Below are positions 19,914-30,876 of a stretch of 64,000 bases of DNA, in pieces. The stretch comes from Sulfolobales archaeon (GTDB taxonomy: Archaea > Thermoproteota > Thermoprotei_A > Sulfolobales > AG1): assembly GCA_038867615.1 (NCBI GenBank), contig JAWBYA010000002.1, positions 367,331 to 431,330 on the forward strand, written 5' to 3'. The position numbers were made by a program, and so were the translations under genes. The stretch's first letter is position 1. Every line of letters begins with the position of its first letter. Under the pieces are notes generated by a model, which did no database searches, was not told the DNA's origin, and worked only from the letters and a program-made list of their open reading frames with translations.

Positions 19914-20813
19914 TTGAAGGTTATTCTTGACATGGATCCTGGTATAGATGATGCTGTGGCGCTCGTAATGGCTTTAGGGTCTAGAGATGTAGAGATCCTC
20001 GGAGTAACAGTTGTCTCAGGCAACGTTCATGTGGATCAGGGTGTTAGGAACGTGCTTAGAATAACGGATTATCTAGGTAAGAAGGTTGATATCTATAAAG
20101 GCTCTGAGAAACCTCTCATAAGAGATTTGGTGACCTCTGAACATGTACATGGTTCCGATGGTCTTGGTGATTCTGACCTACCTCTTAGAAAAGAGATCAC
20201 CGCTAGAGAGAATGCTATTAAATTCATCGTCGAATCGACCCTTAGTGAGAGGGTCTCTATAGTGGCTACGGGTCCCCTTACCAATATAGCTAAAGCCATC
20301 CTTATCGAGCCAAACATCTCCTCTAAAGTCGAGGAGATCGTTGTTATGGGCGGGTGCTTTGGGTTAACAAGATACGCTAAGGGTAATGTAACGCCATATT
20401 CTGAATATAACTTCTACGTAGATCCCGAGGCTGCTAAGATTGTGATCAGGTCAGGGGCTAGGATCAGGATCGTTGGCTTAGACGTGACCCAAAACCACTC
20501 ATCGATGCTCACCAGAGAAAGGGCCGAGGATCTTAGGAGGATTGGTAAAGGTGGGGATCTTATATATAGAATAACCCGCAAACCACTCATCGATAGAGGA
20601 TATTTCGAGCTCCACGACGCCATTGCTATGGCGTCGAAAATAGACCATAGCATTGTTGCGTTCAAAGACTTGTATATTTCGATAGATACATGTTATGAGA
20701 GGGGCAGAAGCTATGCATATACAGAGCCTTCTAACTCTGATGGGAAAGCGCTGGTGGGATACGATATCGATTCGGAGAGGTTCTATAGCCTGCTCAGAGA
20801 GACACTAAAATAA
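19914..20813 (+). CDS. Inosine/uridine-preferring nucleoside hydrolase
   Basis: DMDPGIDD, GNV, HGSDGLG, TGPLTN, EYNFYVDPEAA, LHD. Confidence 0.92.
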   Translation: MKVILDMDPGIDDAVALVMALGSRDVEILGVTVVSGNVHVDQGVRNVLRITDYLGKKVDIYKGSEKPLIRDLVTSEHVHGSDGLGDSDLPLRKEITARENAIKFIVESTLSERVSIVATGPLTNIAKAILIEPNISSKVEEIVVMGGCFGLTRYAKGNVTPYSEYNFYVDPEAAKIVIRSGARIRIVGLDVTQNHSSMLTRERAEDLRRIGKGGDLIYRITRKPLIDRGYFELHDAIAMASKIDHSIVAFKDLYISIDTCYERGRSYAYTEPSNSDGKALVGYDIDSERFYSLLRETLK

Positions 20814-20952
20814 TATATTCAAGCATCACCATGAAAAAATAACTGTTATTCTTATGTCCCGCTTGGATGGAATAATAACCTTTATCGGAACAATATGGAC
20901 CACGGTATCCCTTAAAACAACCTGTGAAACATACTATGGTGAAGGTGAGAAG

Positions 20953-21561
20953 ATGCAGAGCATGAAAAAGATCCTAGCAATAGGAGTTCTGCTAGCAGTA
21001 TCGATAGGACTCGCATATCCATTAGCAGTCTCAGCTCTCTCTATAGCGACCAGCAACATAAGCAAGCAAAGCCCCCACAGCTATGTAGCAATCTCGGACG
21101 ACGATCTAGAAAATGGCTATTACGCATTCGCTAAACATATCGCTACTCAGAAACGTGGTGAAGGCCATGATGACGATCATGATGATCGTTACTATCCTTC
21201 ACACATGTTTGGGAGAACAGTGCTTTCGGCATTCATCAATATAACCGATACAAATATACCCAACACCTCAGTTGGTGATAAAGCCTCACTGGTGCTTCTC
21301 AAGAAAGGAGGCAACCACAGCCTGTTATTGACTGTAAAAGCTAAGAGTAGTAAACACGTATACCTAGCTATGGTGAATGTGACAAGCCTCACGGTGAATT
21401 CTGATAAAATTTCGATAAGTGGTTCCATAAATAGGAGCAACATACCTGGGTTCAGCACCGGCTCCCAGATATCTATAGAGATCAAAATAGGGTTTGCCAG
21501 CATTACATCAGGATCCTATCAGCTTAGCGGCGATGTTCTAAGCCTCATATTTAAGAGATAG
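20953..21561 (+). CDS. Secreted hypothetical protein with His/Asp-rich patch
   Basis: ATG after GGTGA SD; signal peptide; GHDDDHDD; N-X-S/T sequons. Confidence 0.6.
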   Translation: MQSMKKILAIGVLLAVSIGLAYPLAVSALSIATSNISKQSPHSYVAISDDDLENGYYAFAKHIATQKRGEGHDDDHDDRYYPSHMFGRTVLSAFINITDTNIPNTSVGDKASLVLLKKGGNHSLLLTVKAKSSKHVYLAMVNVTSLTVNSDKISISGSINRSNIPGFSTGSQISIEIKIGFASITSGSYQLSGDVLSLIFKR

Positions 21562-21632
21562 AATAAGATTTTTTATAAACTATAGATACAAATGTTTTTT
21601 TAACGCTCTATCACAAGCCAATCAAGAATCCA

Positions 21633-21911
21633 TCACCTAGTCAGATCATGACCACTGATCTTGCCATCATCCGAACTCCCTAGACTCTTTATGGCACTGT
21701 TTATTAACATGAGTATCTCGTCAACCGTTGATCTGCATGTGAGTATCCTATTTTCATGACATTCAAAAACCATATATATAGATCTATTTCTCTTCTCCAT
21801 ATGTATAACAACCCCCATGGGTATATCTATGTTATCAGGTTCTAGAGATCTGATCACGATATCTGGGTCTAGATCTTCTGTACTTATCTCTACCTCAACC
21901 CTGATGATCAC
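21633..21911 (-). CDS. pcc1: KEOPS complex subunit Pcc1
   Basis: SLEPDN, RSTVDEIL motifs; conserved rps15-recJ-pcc1 synteny. Confidence 0.8.
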   Translation of the reverse strand: MIIRVEVEISTEDLDPDIVIRSLEPDNIDIPMGVVIHMEKRNRSIYMVFECHENRILTCRSTVDEILMLINSAIKSLGSSDDGKISGHDLTR

Positions 21912-23086
21912 TGTAATAAGCTAACCACCTCAGCAGCCTCTTGGACACTCTCGACAATAGCCAGCCCGCCTTGTGTTATTCTCAACCCCTTCATGGATAC
22001 GGGGTCTATTGTTTTATCAACAGGTACAGCGTAGCCTCCCTCTATCTCGTAAACAGCATAGCCATTATAGTGTGAAAGTAGTGCTAATACTCTATGCACG
22101 GGCCATATTATGTTCACAGAGACCTTCGGATATATGGTCACCATCCTGCCCTTTACCGAGTATGTGGATACTCTCTTACTCTTATCAATAATATCCTTTA
22201 GATAGTCAATAATCATTCTTTTATGATCTAGACACCTATATGCTATTCTAGACAGCCCCGGCATGCCTGTTGATATATAGGATGAAACCTCCGGGGATCC
22301 GCTAGCTATAGAGGCTAACAAGCATATGTGGAGCTCATAAGGATCCACAAAAGGATATTCATCCCAGTATATAGGTTTTAACCCTACCGAGACAAGCTCC
22401 AACCCCGTGAGATCGTTGATAGCTTTTGAGAGTTTCTTAAGCGACTCTTTATCACTCTGCTGTATAGAACCAACAATCTCAGAAACCTTGGAGGGGTTGC
22501 CCGTGACTCCTGGTATATATGGATCCAGAGTGTTTTCAAAAACATATGATAAGCTGTCCCAGACCCCAAAGCCCATGACCTTCAACCCCTCCTTTATATG
22601 ACTAGCATCAGATCCAAAGATCTCTCCAAGAGCGGAGATAATCTTATCATCAACACTTGATAGGAGATTCTTTGAAAAAGAAGCCATATGACCAGCCACA
22701 GCCGCGCCCCTAAGCTCTCTCGGAACTTGGTAGAACTGCGAGACCGCTCCTAAGACTTCCTGAGATATAGATCCCGACGCATATGCTATAACCCACTCAC
22801 TGATCTTCGAGCTCTCATCCCTCCTCCTAAGGATAACAAGGCCTCCTCCGCCCCTAGGAGGTTTTGAGCCTATCACGAGCGAGGTATCAGGCGGTATTGT
22901 TGTTAAAAGTGTTGATGCGGAGGAGACTCCTACATCGATCCTATGTGCGCTCATCAACCTTATAACTATGGATGCTGCTATCACGGAATCTACATCATGC
23001 GAAACATAGATCTCACAATACTTCTTATCAAGAAGCTTTTTAAGAAACTCACCGATAATACCTTGACTACCACTCTGCTGATCCAA
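21908..23086 (-). CDS. Degenerate DHH-family RecJ/Cdc45 (GAN-like) protein
   Basis: SHDVDSVIAA remnant of motif I, TLDPYIPGVTG; position between rps15 and pcc1. Confidence 0.6.
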   Translation of the reverse strand: MDQQSGSQGIIGEFLKKLLDKKYCEIYVSHDVDSVIAASIVIRLMSAHRIDVGVSSASTLLTTIPPDTSLVIGSKPPRGGGGLVILRRRDESSKISEWVIAYASGSISQEVLGAVSQFYQVPRELRGAAVAGHMASFSKNLLSSVDDKIISALGEIFGSDASHIKEGLKVMGFGVWDSLSYVFENTLDPYIPGVTGNPSKVSEIVGSIQQSDKESLKKLSKAINDLTGLELVSVGLKPIYWDEYPFVDPYELHICLLASIASGSPEVSSYISTGMPGLSRIAYRCLDHKRMIIDYLKDIIDKSKRVSTYSVKGRMVTIYPKVSVNIIWPVHRVLALLSHYNGYAVYEIEGGYAVPVDKTIDPVSMKGLRITQGGLAIVESVQEAAEVVSLLQ

Positions 23087-23089
23087 TAG

Positions 23090-23569
23090 CTAGCTCCCAG
23101 CCTTTCCGACAGTTACCTGCTGCGCGACTAGAAGCTTCGCCCTTTCCCTATCATACTCCCAATCTGGTGGTAGTTTTCCGACCCTTTTGTAGTACTTAAC
23201 CAGCCTCCTTATCTTTGACTCTATTTCTATCAAACCCCTCTTCGAGTGAATATCCTTGGGGTGCTCCTCAAGATGTCTTAAGAGGTTCACAGCACGCTTT
23301 ATAAGGTTAAACAGATCCTCTGGGATCTCTGGAGCAAGCCCGTGCTTCTCGAGAACCTTTGTTAGCTTCACACCAAGAACCGATTTCGTGAGGGGAACAC
23401 CATACTGGTCCCTTAGTATGAGGCCTATCATTGAGGGCGGATACCCCATCTTGCTAAGCTCAACAATAACAGTCTCTATCTCCTCTGGCCTCATCTTAAC
23501 CCATTTTGGTGGCCCAGCCCTCACAGGCCTTGTTGAGTGCGACTGCCCCTTATCCCTCTTTCTATTCAA
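23090..23569 (-). CDS. rps15: 30S ribosomal protein S15 (uS15)
   Basis: [40 protein letters not shown]; TTG start. Confidence 0.97.
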   Translation of the reverse strand: MNRKRDKGQSHSTRPVRAGPPKWVKMRPEEIETVIVELSKMGYPPSMIGLILRDQYGVPLTKSVLGVKLTKVLEKHGLAPEIPEDLFNLIKRAVNLLRHLEEHPKDIHSKRGLIEIESKIRRLVKYYKRVGKLPPDWEYDRERAKLLVAQQVTVGKAGS

Positions 23570-23681
23570 ACAAACACCAAAAGAAGAATAGTGTGGAGAA
23601 ATATAAAAATTCTCTAGAAAGCAGGGTAAAAAGGCGACAGTGCTATTTATAAGGAACATCACTTGAGCTCTACTTTTAAGT

Positions 23682-24335
23682 CTAGGAAACCTTCGTTTCA
23701 GCTTTACTCTCGGTTGCAGATACAGAGGGTAGCTCTGGGAAGCTCTCCTTCATCCTCTGTTCGGCAACGATTCTGGCTTCCTCGAGGATCTTTCTAGCCT
23801 CTGGCGATGAGTATGTAGCCTCTGTGAAGCCTACGCTGAGACCCTCACCGCTCTCTGTCACTACTTCTCTCAGGTTCTCCTCGAGCTCTATCATCTCGTA
23901 TGAGAACTCAGGCATTATCCCCCTAACAAGGCCTCTGAGCTCTCTAACAACACCTATTACTGGTGCTAGCTGCACGAAGGCCTCACCCATTAGAACCACT
24001 GTCTCTATCCTCATCGAGATCTGCTCAAGCGCGATCTGAACCACCGTCAGCTGTTTGACAGCCTTCCTTATCTCAGCTATCTCGTTGGCAAGCATAGTGG
24101 CTCTAGTCGTATCCTTAGATATGAGGGCATCAACCACCCTCTCGAATAACACTCTATCCCTCTCCTTCATCCTCTCAAGCTGGATTCCTATCCTGCTAAC
24201 CAGCCCCTTTATCTTGTAATTAGCCATGAGGAGCTTGTACTTTATAGGCTCTCTCTTGGCAAAGGCCTTTTTAATCTTCTCACCAACACTTTCTCCACCC
24301 TCCCATCTCTTGGCAATGTCGACTATGTTTCCCAC
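23682..24335 (-). CDS. cdvB2: ESCRT-III / Snf7 cell-division protein, CdvB1/CdvB2-like
   Basis: [51 protein letters not shown]; lacks the C-terminal wH domain of CdvB. Confidence 0.85.
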   Translation of the reverse strand: MGNIVDIAKRWEGGESVGEKIKKAFAKREPIKYKLLMANYKIKGLVSRIGIQLERMKERDRVLFERVVDALISKDTTRATMLANEIAEIRKAVKQLTVVQIALEQISMRIETVVLMGEAFVQLAPVIGVVRELRGLVRGIMPEFSYEMIELEENLREVVTESGEGLSVGFTEATYSSPEARKILEEARIVAEQRMKESFPELPSVSATESKAETKVS

Positions 24336-24473
24336 CTATCTACACACCTCGAATAGTATGCTTTTACCCTCCGGGGTATTTAAGACAAACCCCCAATTGT
24401 GCTGCTAATTACCCACTATACCTTAACACACATCTAACAGATCTACAGATCTCTAGAAAAACCTATAGATCAT

Positions 24474-25475
24474 CTATGGTAGAATCATTATCTTACCGTC
24501 TCTCTCACTAGAGAAGAGGTTTTTAAGAGCATCAACCCCGTTGTCTAGATCATAGCTTCTCCACACCTTCACCCTGAGCTTCCTCTCCTCACCCATTCTA
24601 ACGAGATCCAGCATCTCTCTTCTCGTACCACCCGTCGACCCTATTACCCTCAGTTGTTTTGAGAAAACCTCTCTTATCGAGATCCTGAGCTCATCGCCTG
24701 TTAGAGCACCAAATGTCACGACTCTTCCGTTGGTCCCCAAGAGTTTAATGCTCTTCGATATTGTCTGGGTTCCCTGAGGATCTATCACCACATCAGCCAT
24801 AGAGCCACCCGAGATCCTCTCCACAGCTTTATACGCATTATCGAGATCAACAACCTCATCGGCACCAAACTCCCTCAACCACTGCTTCCTAGTAACTGCA
24901 ACAACTTTAGCCCCCATGATTTTAGCAAGCTGGACAGCGAAGATGCCGGTATTGCCTGAAGCACCAACCACAACAACAACCTCTCCAGGTGATACCGAGG
25001 CTAGTCTGAGGGCGTGATACGCTGTTAAAGCCCCAATCGATAGACTTGCAGCAAGCTCCCACTCAATATTATCACCCACTCTAAACACGTTCTTGGCAGG
25101 GACTACAGCATACTCAGCATAACCACCGTTGGAGACTATCCCTATAAGCCCTCCCCTTCTGCACAACATCTCCTGACCCGCGAGGCACATATCACACGAA
25201 CCATCGAATAGCCTGCTGTAAACAGCAACTCTATCACCAGGCTTTACATCTCTAACATGGTCGCCAACAGCTTCCACGACCCCTGCAAACTCCGCCCCTG
25301 GAATATGCGGGATCGGTGTTACATTCCTTATACTCACTACAGTGGCATAGTCAACCGGATTAACACTCGCTGCCTTCACTCTTATTAGAACAGAGTGTGG
25401 ATCTAGCTGGGGTTTCTCGACATCCATTACTTTTAGATTCTCTAACCCATTCTTATCAAAAACCAACGCCCTCAT
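24474..25475 (-). CDS. Zn-dependent alcohol dehydrogenase / quinone reductase family protein
   Basis: VNPVD, PGAEFAG, CDMC...C, GASGNTG. Confidence 0.88.
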   Translation of the reverse strand: MRALVFDKNGLENLKVMDVEKPQLDPHSVLIRVKAASVNPVDYATVVSIRNVTPIPHIPGAEFAGVVEAVGDHVRDVKPGDRVAVYSRLFDGSCDMCLAGQEMLCRRGGLIGIVSNGGYAEYAVVPAKNVFRVGDNIEWELAASLSIGALTAYHALRLASVSPGEVVVVVGASGNTGIFAVQLAKIMGAKVVAVTRKQWLREFGADEVVDLDNAYKAVERISGGSMADVVIDPQGTQTISKSIKLLGTNGRVVTFGALTGDELRISIREVFSKQLRVIGSTGGTRREMLDLVRMGEERKLRVKVWRSYDLDNGVDALKNLFSSERDGKIMILP

Positions 25476-25523
25476 TGTAAAACCCTCTATATATCGTCTC
25501 TTGAGAAAAATAAATATAGTCTC

Positions 25524-25940
25524 CTATTTACCTGACGAGATGAGCTCTATGATCGTTGATAGCAGCTTCTCCGACGCCGATACCCTCTTCTCGAGGCTAT
25601 ATATGCTCCTATTAATGCTCTGCATATACTGGGACTCAACGCTCCTCTTAAGATCCTCTACTTCTCTGTTGATATTGTTGAGAACAACCTGGTAGGCGTC
25701 TACTAAGCTTCTAAGCCTTTTGAGATCCTGAGAAATAGCCTTATACCTCGCATCTAGATCATGTGTTAACATATAACCCAGTACCAAGAACGGTACAAGG
25801 ATCGATATATAGAGAGATACAAGCGATCTAGGATCGTTGAAAACCACGCCTATAGATGGGATCCCCAGGAATTCCCACGAGATATATAGCATGGCAATGG
25901 CTGAGAACGACGCTACAAGTGATGAGACAAGCCACCTCAT
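25524..25940 (-). CDS. Two-TM protein with C-terminal coiled coil
   Basis: Two hydrophobic helices then heptads; ATG after GGTGAGG SD. Confidence 0.6.
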   Translation of the reverse strand: MRWLVSSLVASFSAIAMLYISWEFLGIPSIGVVFNDPRSLVSLYISILVPFLVLGYMLTHDLDARYKAISQDLKRLRSLVDAYQVVLNNINREVEDLKRSVESQYMQSINRSIYSLEKRVSASEKLLSTIIELISSGK

Positions 25941-26161
25941 CTCCTCACCAGTACCGCAGTATCCCAAAGGCTAATAAGGGTTAGGGCTCAAAACCACATA
26001 TCCCTACTCTCTATAGATTCAAACTCACCGACATAGAGATATAGTTTTAACATCTATTTCACACACAGATCTCCTAGCCCTCCAGATCACTCTAGCCCAG
26101 AGCATCCGGCCGAACGTTTAAAATATTAAAAGTTAAATCGCCACAAGCGCTATTAACAAAC

Positions 26162-26216
26162 GATGATGAGTGTAGCCCGCAATTACGAGCGATGAGTAAA
26201 CTTGATCCCACTGAAC
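26162..26216 (+). ncRNA. Box C/D sRNA candidate
   Basis: C ATGATGA 26163, D' ACGA 26185, C' GCGATGA 26189, D CTGA 26211; AT-rich promoter upstream; intergenic. Confidence 0.7.
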
Positions 26217-26694
26217 CTATTTCTAAGTTGTTTCGCCTCCAAAATAGCCCTTCAAAGTTTATTTGATATTAATAAGAACAAATACCTAAGCAAACCAGAG
26301 CTTATCTTTGCGGAAGCCTTTACCATCAGGATACCTATAGGCTAGGCAGAAGTTACTAAATACGAGAGAGCATCAATACACATAAATAAACAGCGGATAA
26401 ACGATAGTAGATCCACTTTCTGCACAGCTAAAAGCTTCCCTCACAACAGTTAGCTAGAGGCATTCTATGAAGGAAAAGCAATCGAAATCAAAAATAACAA
26501 CAATGAAACACAGACTTCCAGATGCACCTAGCTAACCGATATTTATGTGATGACCACGCCTATTTTATATAGCTCCTTGCCTTTAATAGTATGAAAAGTG
26601 TGACTGAGATGGGATGGTCTCATCTGTTCGAGATCTATGGTGACTGCCGGCTCTTCATAACGAACTCCGACACTAGCCACGGGGGTGTTAATGG

Positions 26695-27588
26695 GTGGAG
26701 GAAGCCATCTATGCTGAGCTTGATAGGCTGAGAGAGGATCTCAGGATTCTTATGGAGAGGAGAGATAAAGCTGGAGAGAGTTTTTTAAAACTGGTTGAGG
26801 AGAGAAGGAGACTCATATCAGAGATCAGGGAACTAAGAGGGAGTCTAAGAGAGGTTAGAGAAAGCAAAGCCAGGCTTATAGAGATGGTTAGAGATCTCAG
26901 GGAAAGACTTAAACAGGCTAGGGAGAAGCTGAGAAACAGTGTCGCCAGGCTTGAAGAGATTAGGAGAACATACCCGGATCTTGAGAGGATAGCAGGGGTC
27001 TCTATATCTTCCCTTAAGAGGAGAATAGATTCTCTTGAATGGAAGATCATAACAGGACAGGTAGATCCTGAAGAAGAGGAGGAGATCATTAGACAGGTAA
27101 TGAGGCTTGAAACACAGCTTGACAAGATCTTGAAGGCTAAGAATGTTAAAAACATGGTCACCGAGATAAGGGCTGAGATAGCATCCTCAAGGCTAGAGAT
27201 AGACGATATAAGGAGATCCATCGCCGAGGTCTCACGCGGCATTAACGAGATCAAGAAAAAGGAGAGCGAGCTTATAGAAGAGATAGGGAAGAGAAGTGCA
27301 AGAATAGATGAGATCTCAAAGGAGCTTGACAGGCTAGCCACAGATAGATCGAAAATCTCTGAAGAGATCAGGAGAAAGAGGGAAGAGATACAAGCGCTTA
27401 GAAGCAGGCTAAGAGAGATCAGGACAGGACAGGACAAAAAATCCAGGACTGAGCGGCTGGAGATCCTGAAAAAGAAGGCTGAAGAAAAGCTATCCTCTGG
27501 AGAGAGGTTAACATTCGAAGAGCTACAGGCGCTCTATGGAGGGCTAGACGGAGAGAGCAATGGTACGAGTGGTGGAGAAAACCCCTGA
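26695..27588 (+). CDS. Archaeal coiled-coil protein (COG1340-like)
   Basis: Long E/R/K heptads, LEWKIITG, GERLTFEEL; adjacent to DUF373 gene. Confidence 0.75.
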   Translation: MEEAIYAELDRLREDLRILMERRDKAGESFLKLVEERRRLISEIRELRGSLREVRESKARLIEMVRDLRERLKQAREKLRNSVARLEEIRRTYPDLERIAGVSISSLKRRIDSLEWKIITGQVDPEEEEEIIRQVMRLETQLDKILKAKNVKNMVTEIRAEIASSRLEIDDIRRSIAEVSRGINEIKKKESELIEEIGKRSARIDEISKELDRLATDRSKISEEIRRKREEIQALRSRLREIRTGQDKKSRTERLEILKKKAEEKLSSGERLTFEELQALYGGLDGESNGTSGGENP

Positions 27589-28681
27589 AAAAATATTGAT
27601 AGTCGTTATAGATTATGACGACGATCTAGGAAGGGCAGGGATAGATACCCCGGTAGTTGGTGTAAAGAGAGTATCCGAAACAGCTTTTAACTATGCCCTA
27701 GAGAGACCAGAAGATCCGGATGTAAATGCTCTCTTCACAGCTATAAAGATATATAGAGACATGGTGGATCAGGGATATAGGGTTGAGGTGGCAGCGATCT
27801 CAGGCGATCAGAGGGGAGGGTTGAAAGCTGTTGAGAGGATCAGGAGCCAGCTAATAGATGTGATCAATCTAACAGATTCTAAATCAGTTATAGTGGTATC
27901 AGACGGGGGCGAGGATGAGAAGGTTATCCCCGTAATAGAATCCATAGTACCGATCTTCTATGTCAAGACAGTTGTTATAGAGCAGGCAAGGGCTGTTGAG
28001 CAAACCTATATTCTTATCTGGAGATATGTTAAAAAAGTACTCAGCGAGCCAAGACTCTCGAGGCTCGTTATAGGATACCCAGGACTTCTTCTTATACTCG
28101 TAGGCCTCATGCTTTTCTTCGATCTGCTCCAACAAGCGTTAATGGTATCGCTGATCTTCCTCGGCATCGTAATGATAATCAAGGGCTTTAACCTAGAGGA
28201 TTCTTTGATAAACATGTGGAAGAGAAATCCCAGCGGAACCATACTAGCCGCGGTGGGGGCTATCGTTATGGGCATAGCTATAATGCTTACATGGTTCAGC
28301 CTGGCCCAGGCCTTGCAACACCCCCAGAGGGATTTCAAGATCGTTGGTAATATTCTTGAAAATGTCTCATGGCTATACGGCCTATCAATATCAGTCCTTC
28401 TCCTAGGACCCTTGATAAAAAGAATCCTCTCCAGATCTATTAGGGCGTGGAGATATGCAGTCATCTTAACAATGGTTGCTATGTTCACATTACTACTAAG
28501 AGACATAGGATTAGTGCTCCTCTCACTCCCTGACACGGCCACTGCTAGGGATATCGTTGATGCTATGTGGAGCAGCAACACATTCCAGGGGCTTATAACA
28601 ATAGTTGTGACAGTAATAATAGCGTCCTCCTTGCTCCAACTCGTAGAGGTCACAATAACCAGGAGGAGAAAAAGCAAATAA
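27560..28681 (+). CDS. DUF373 family membrane protein
   Basis: IDYDDDLG, PEDPDVN, SDGGEDE, IEQ motifs plus multiple TMs. Confidence 0.85.
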   Translation: MVRVVEKTPEKILIVVIDYDDDLGRAGIDTPVVGVKRVSETAFNYALERPEDPDVNALFTAIKIYRDMVDQGYRVEVAAISGDQRGGLKAVERIRSQLIDVINLTDSKSVIVVSDGGEDEKVIPVIESIVPIFYVKTVVIEQARAVEQTYILIWRYVKKVLSEPRLSRLVIGYPGLLLILVGLMLFFDLLQQALMVSLIFLGIVMIIKGFNLEDSLINMWKRNPSGTILAAVGAIVMGIAIMLTWFSLAQALQHPQRDFKIVGNILENVSWLYGLSISVLLLGPLIKRILSRSIRAWRYAVILTMVAMFTLLLRDIGLVLLSLPDTATARDIVDAMWSSNTFQGLITIVVTVIIASSLLQLVEVTITRRRKSK

Positions 28682-28922
28682 CCAATGATAATAGGTTACA
28701 GAGCTTCCACATGTTTATCTGGGCGATTTAAGTACCGATCAGCAAGAGTCCCCGCTATAAATGATAACTAAAACTGTTAGAGAAACAGGATCAGGCTATC
28801 ATCGAAATTCATTATCGGATAGAACTAGAACCAGGTATACTGCACAATTACCATTCCTTTGTATCTTTATCGAGCATAGCGATGGTATTCTGCTAAAAGC
28901 AGGAGGTTTCTAAGCTTTAGGT

Positions 28923-29795
28923 TTAGCATGGGCTTTCGTGTGCGGCAAGGGATTTTGGAGCTTTCAAGCCTTTTCCAGCTATAGCTAATGCTATTATTGC
29001 TGATATGTACGGCATTGCTAGGGCTAGCTGATACGGGATCTGGATCAGGCCTGAGGCCTGCATTCTTAATTGAACAGCATCGAGAAAACTGAATGCTAGT
29101 ATAGCTGGTAAGAGCTTCATAGGATTCCAGCCAGAGAGTATTACGAGAACTACGGCTAGATAGCCCCGCCCAGCCGTCATGTTATCCATATAAAGCCCTG
29201 AGAACCCTATGCTTAAAAGAGCTCCTGAGAACCCTGCAAACCCGCCCTCGATGAGCAGTAAATAGAGCCTGAGCCTCGAGACTCTAATTCCTAGCCTACA
29301 TGCCCTCTCAGGATCCTCTCCAGACGCTCTTATCAAGATACCAAGCCCGGATCTATGTAGAAGGAGCCATATAGCTAGGGGCATTGCAAAAGTGGCAATG
29401 GAGAAGAAACCAAGATCCCCTAGAGTAGTGGTAAGCTGAGGAGGCTTCCCAGCACCTATGAAGAGCCTATAGAGATACGCTGTAAGCCCTATGGTTACTA
29501 TGCTTATTGAGAGCCCGGAGACCATCTGATCAAGTCTCATATTGATTGCAAGTATAGCCAAGACCCCAGAGATTATGATGCCAGAGAGAACCCCTAGGAG
29601 AACTCCGATGAGAGGGTTACCGCTATACAGAGTCGCTAGATAGGCTGAGAATGCGCCGAAAAGCATAGCGCCCTCAATAGCTAAGTTGATCATACCGCTC
29701 CTCTGGACTAAAAGCTCTATCGATGCTACCAAGAGTAATGGGGCTGCTATCACTATTGTGCTGCTTAGGAGCCCTGCCAATAGCCCTTGTTCCAT
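28923..29795 (-). CDS. Nucleoside/purine-type ABC transporter permease 2
   Basis: RSGMINLAIEG, RASGEDP, GRGYLA. Confidence 0.9.
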   Translation of the reverse strand: MEQGLLAGLLSSTIVIAAPLLLVASIELLVQRSGMINLAIEGAMLFGAFSAYLATLYSGNPLIGVLLGVLSGIIISGVLAILAINMRLDQMVSGLSISIVTIGLTAYLYRLFIGAGKPPQLTTTLGDLGFFSIATFAMPLAIWLLLHRSGLGILIRASGEDPERACRLGIRVSRLRLYLLLIEGGFAGFSGALLSIGFSGLYMDNMTAGRGYLAVVLVILSGWNPMKLLPAILAFSFLDAVQLRMQASGLIQIPYQLALAMPYISAIIALAIAGKGLKAPKSLAAHESPC

Positions 29796-29799
29796 AAGA

Positions 29800-30876
29800 T
29801 CAGCCCCTGATCTTGATGATAATTAATGCCATGATTAGAAGAAAACCTTGAAGTATATACATCATGCCAGAAGGTATGCCTGTAATCATCTGGGCAACAG
29901 TAACACCGTTGGTGACACCCCCAAGACCTATGGAGGCTATTAGGAGCATAGGGGCACTAGGCCCTGAAACCATAGCCACAGGAATTGCTAGATAGCCATA
30001 TCCCTGGGATATTGTTGGAAGAGCTCTATGATGGACTCCCAGCACCTCAAGCGAGCCTGCAACGCCTGCCATGAATCCGCTGAAGATCATTGATAGGATC
30101 ACTATGAGACCTGAGTTGAGCTTGAAGTATCTTGCTTGAACCTCACCGGCACCAATAATCCTGAGCCTTAGTCCAATGAGACTCCTCCCAAATAATATGT
30201 GGATTGCTAAGGGTAAGAGTGCGAGAGAGATCAGTATCCCAGCATGAATCCTTGTCCCAGGAAAGAGAGGATCTAGCCATAGATCCCTTCCAACGAGATC
30301 AGTCTCAGGGAAAAGAGAAGCTTTACTCTTAAGGGGACCGTTAAGCAGGTAGCTAGCCATATATATAGCTATATAGTTCATCATGAGTGTCGTGAGCACC
30401 TCATTAGATCCTCTATAGACTCTCAGAAGCCCTGGTATTAGAGCCCAAACAAGACCGCATAGACCCCCAAATAATACTGCTATAAGAATCCCAAAAGATC
30501 CCCAACCTGATAGATGAATACCTATCCATGCAGTGCCAATAGCGCCAAAGATCAACTGGCCTTCAGAGCCTATATTCCAGACTTTGGCCATATAGGGGAT
30601 GGCGAGACCCGATGCTATAATCAGGATTGGAGAGGCTCTTAAAAGAGTCTCAGGAATCTGTTGCGGTGAGAAGCCTCCCCAGAGGATCCAGTACAGCACG
30701 TTAAGAGGATTGGCGCCTGTTATTAACGCTAATAACCCTACAATAGCAGCCAAGATTATTAAGAAAAGGAGTGCTAGGAGAAAATTGTTGAGCATACTGT
30801 GTAATTTGATCCTCTTGGTTGATCTTAACAATATAGTTTCCCCACTGCTAGATCCCCTGTACCTGGCTCTTTTCAA
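29800..30876 (-). CDS. Nucleoside/purine-type ABC transporter permease 1 (start uncertain)
   Basis: WNIGSEGQ, NEVLTTLMMNYIA, GYGY. Confidence 0.9.
   Translation of the reverse strand: MKRARYRGSSSGETILLRSTKRIKLHSMLNNFLLALLFLIILAAIVGLLALITGANPLNVLYWILWGGFSPQQIPETLLRASPILIIASGLAIPYMAKVWNIGSEGQLIFGAIGTAWIGIHLSGWGSFGILIAVLFGGLCGLVWALIPGLLRVYRGSNEVLTTLMMNYIAIYMASYLLNGPLKSKASLFPETDLVGRDLWLDPLFPGTRIHAGILISLALLPLAIHILFGRSLIGLRLRIIGAGEVQARYFKLNSGLIVILSMIFSGFMAGVAGSLEVLGVHHRALPTISQGYGYLAIPVAMVSGPSAPMLLIASIGLGGVTNGVTVAQMITGIPSGMMYILQGFLLIMALIIIKIRG

Noticed and set aside
26547-26690. GTGATGA...CTGA and hairpins upstream of the coiled-coil gene as an sRNA
   Set aside because: No convincing D'/C' boxes; the AT-rich interior looks like a promoter; the pairing could be chance.
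26709-27437. Long antisense ORFs (also 281-997, 28006-28677, 39713-40291, 56453-57010)
   Set aside because: Shadow frames of real genes with Ser/Leu/Ile-biased composition and no motifs.
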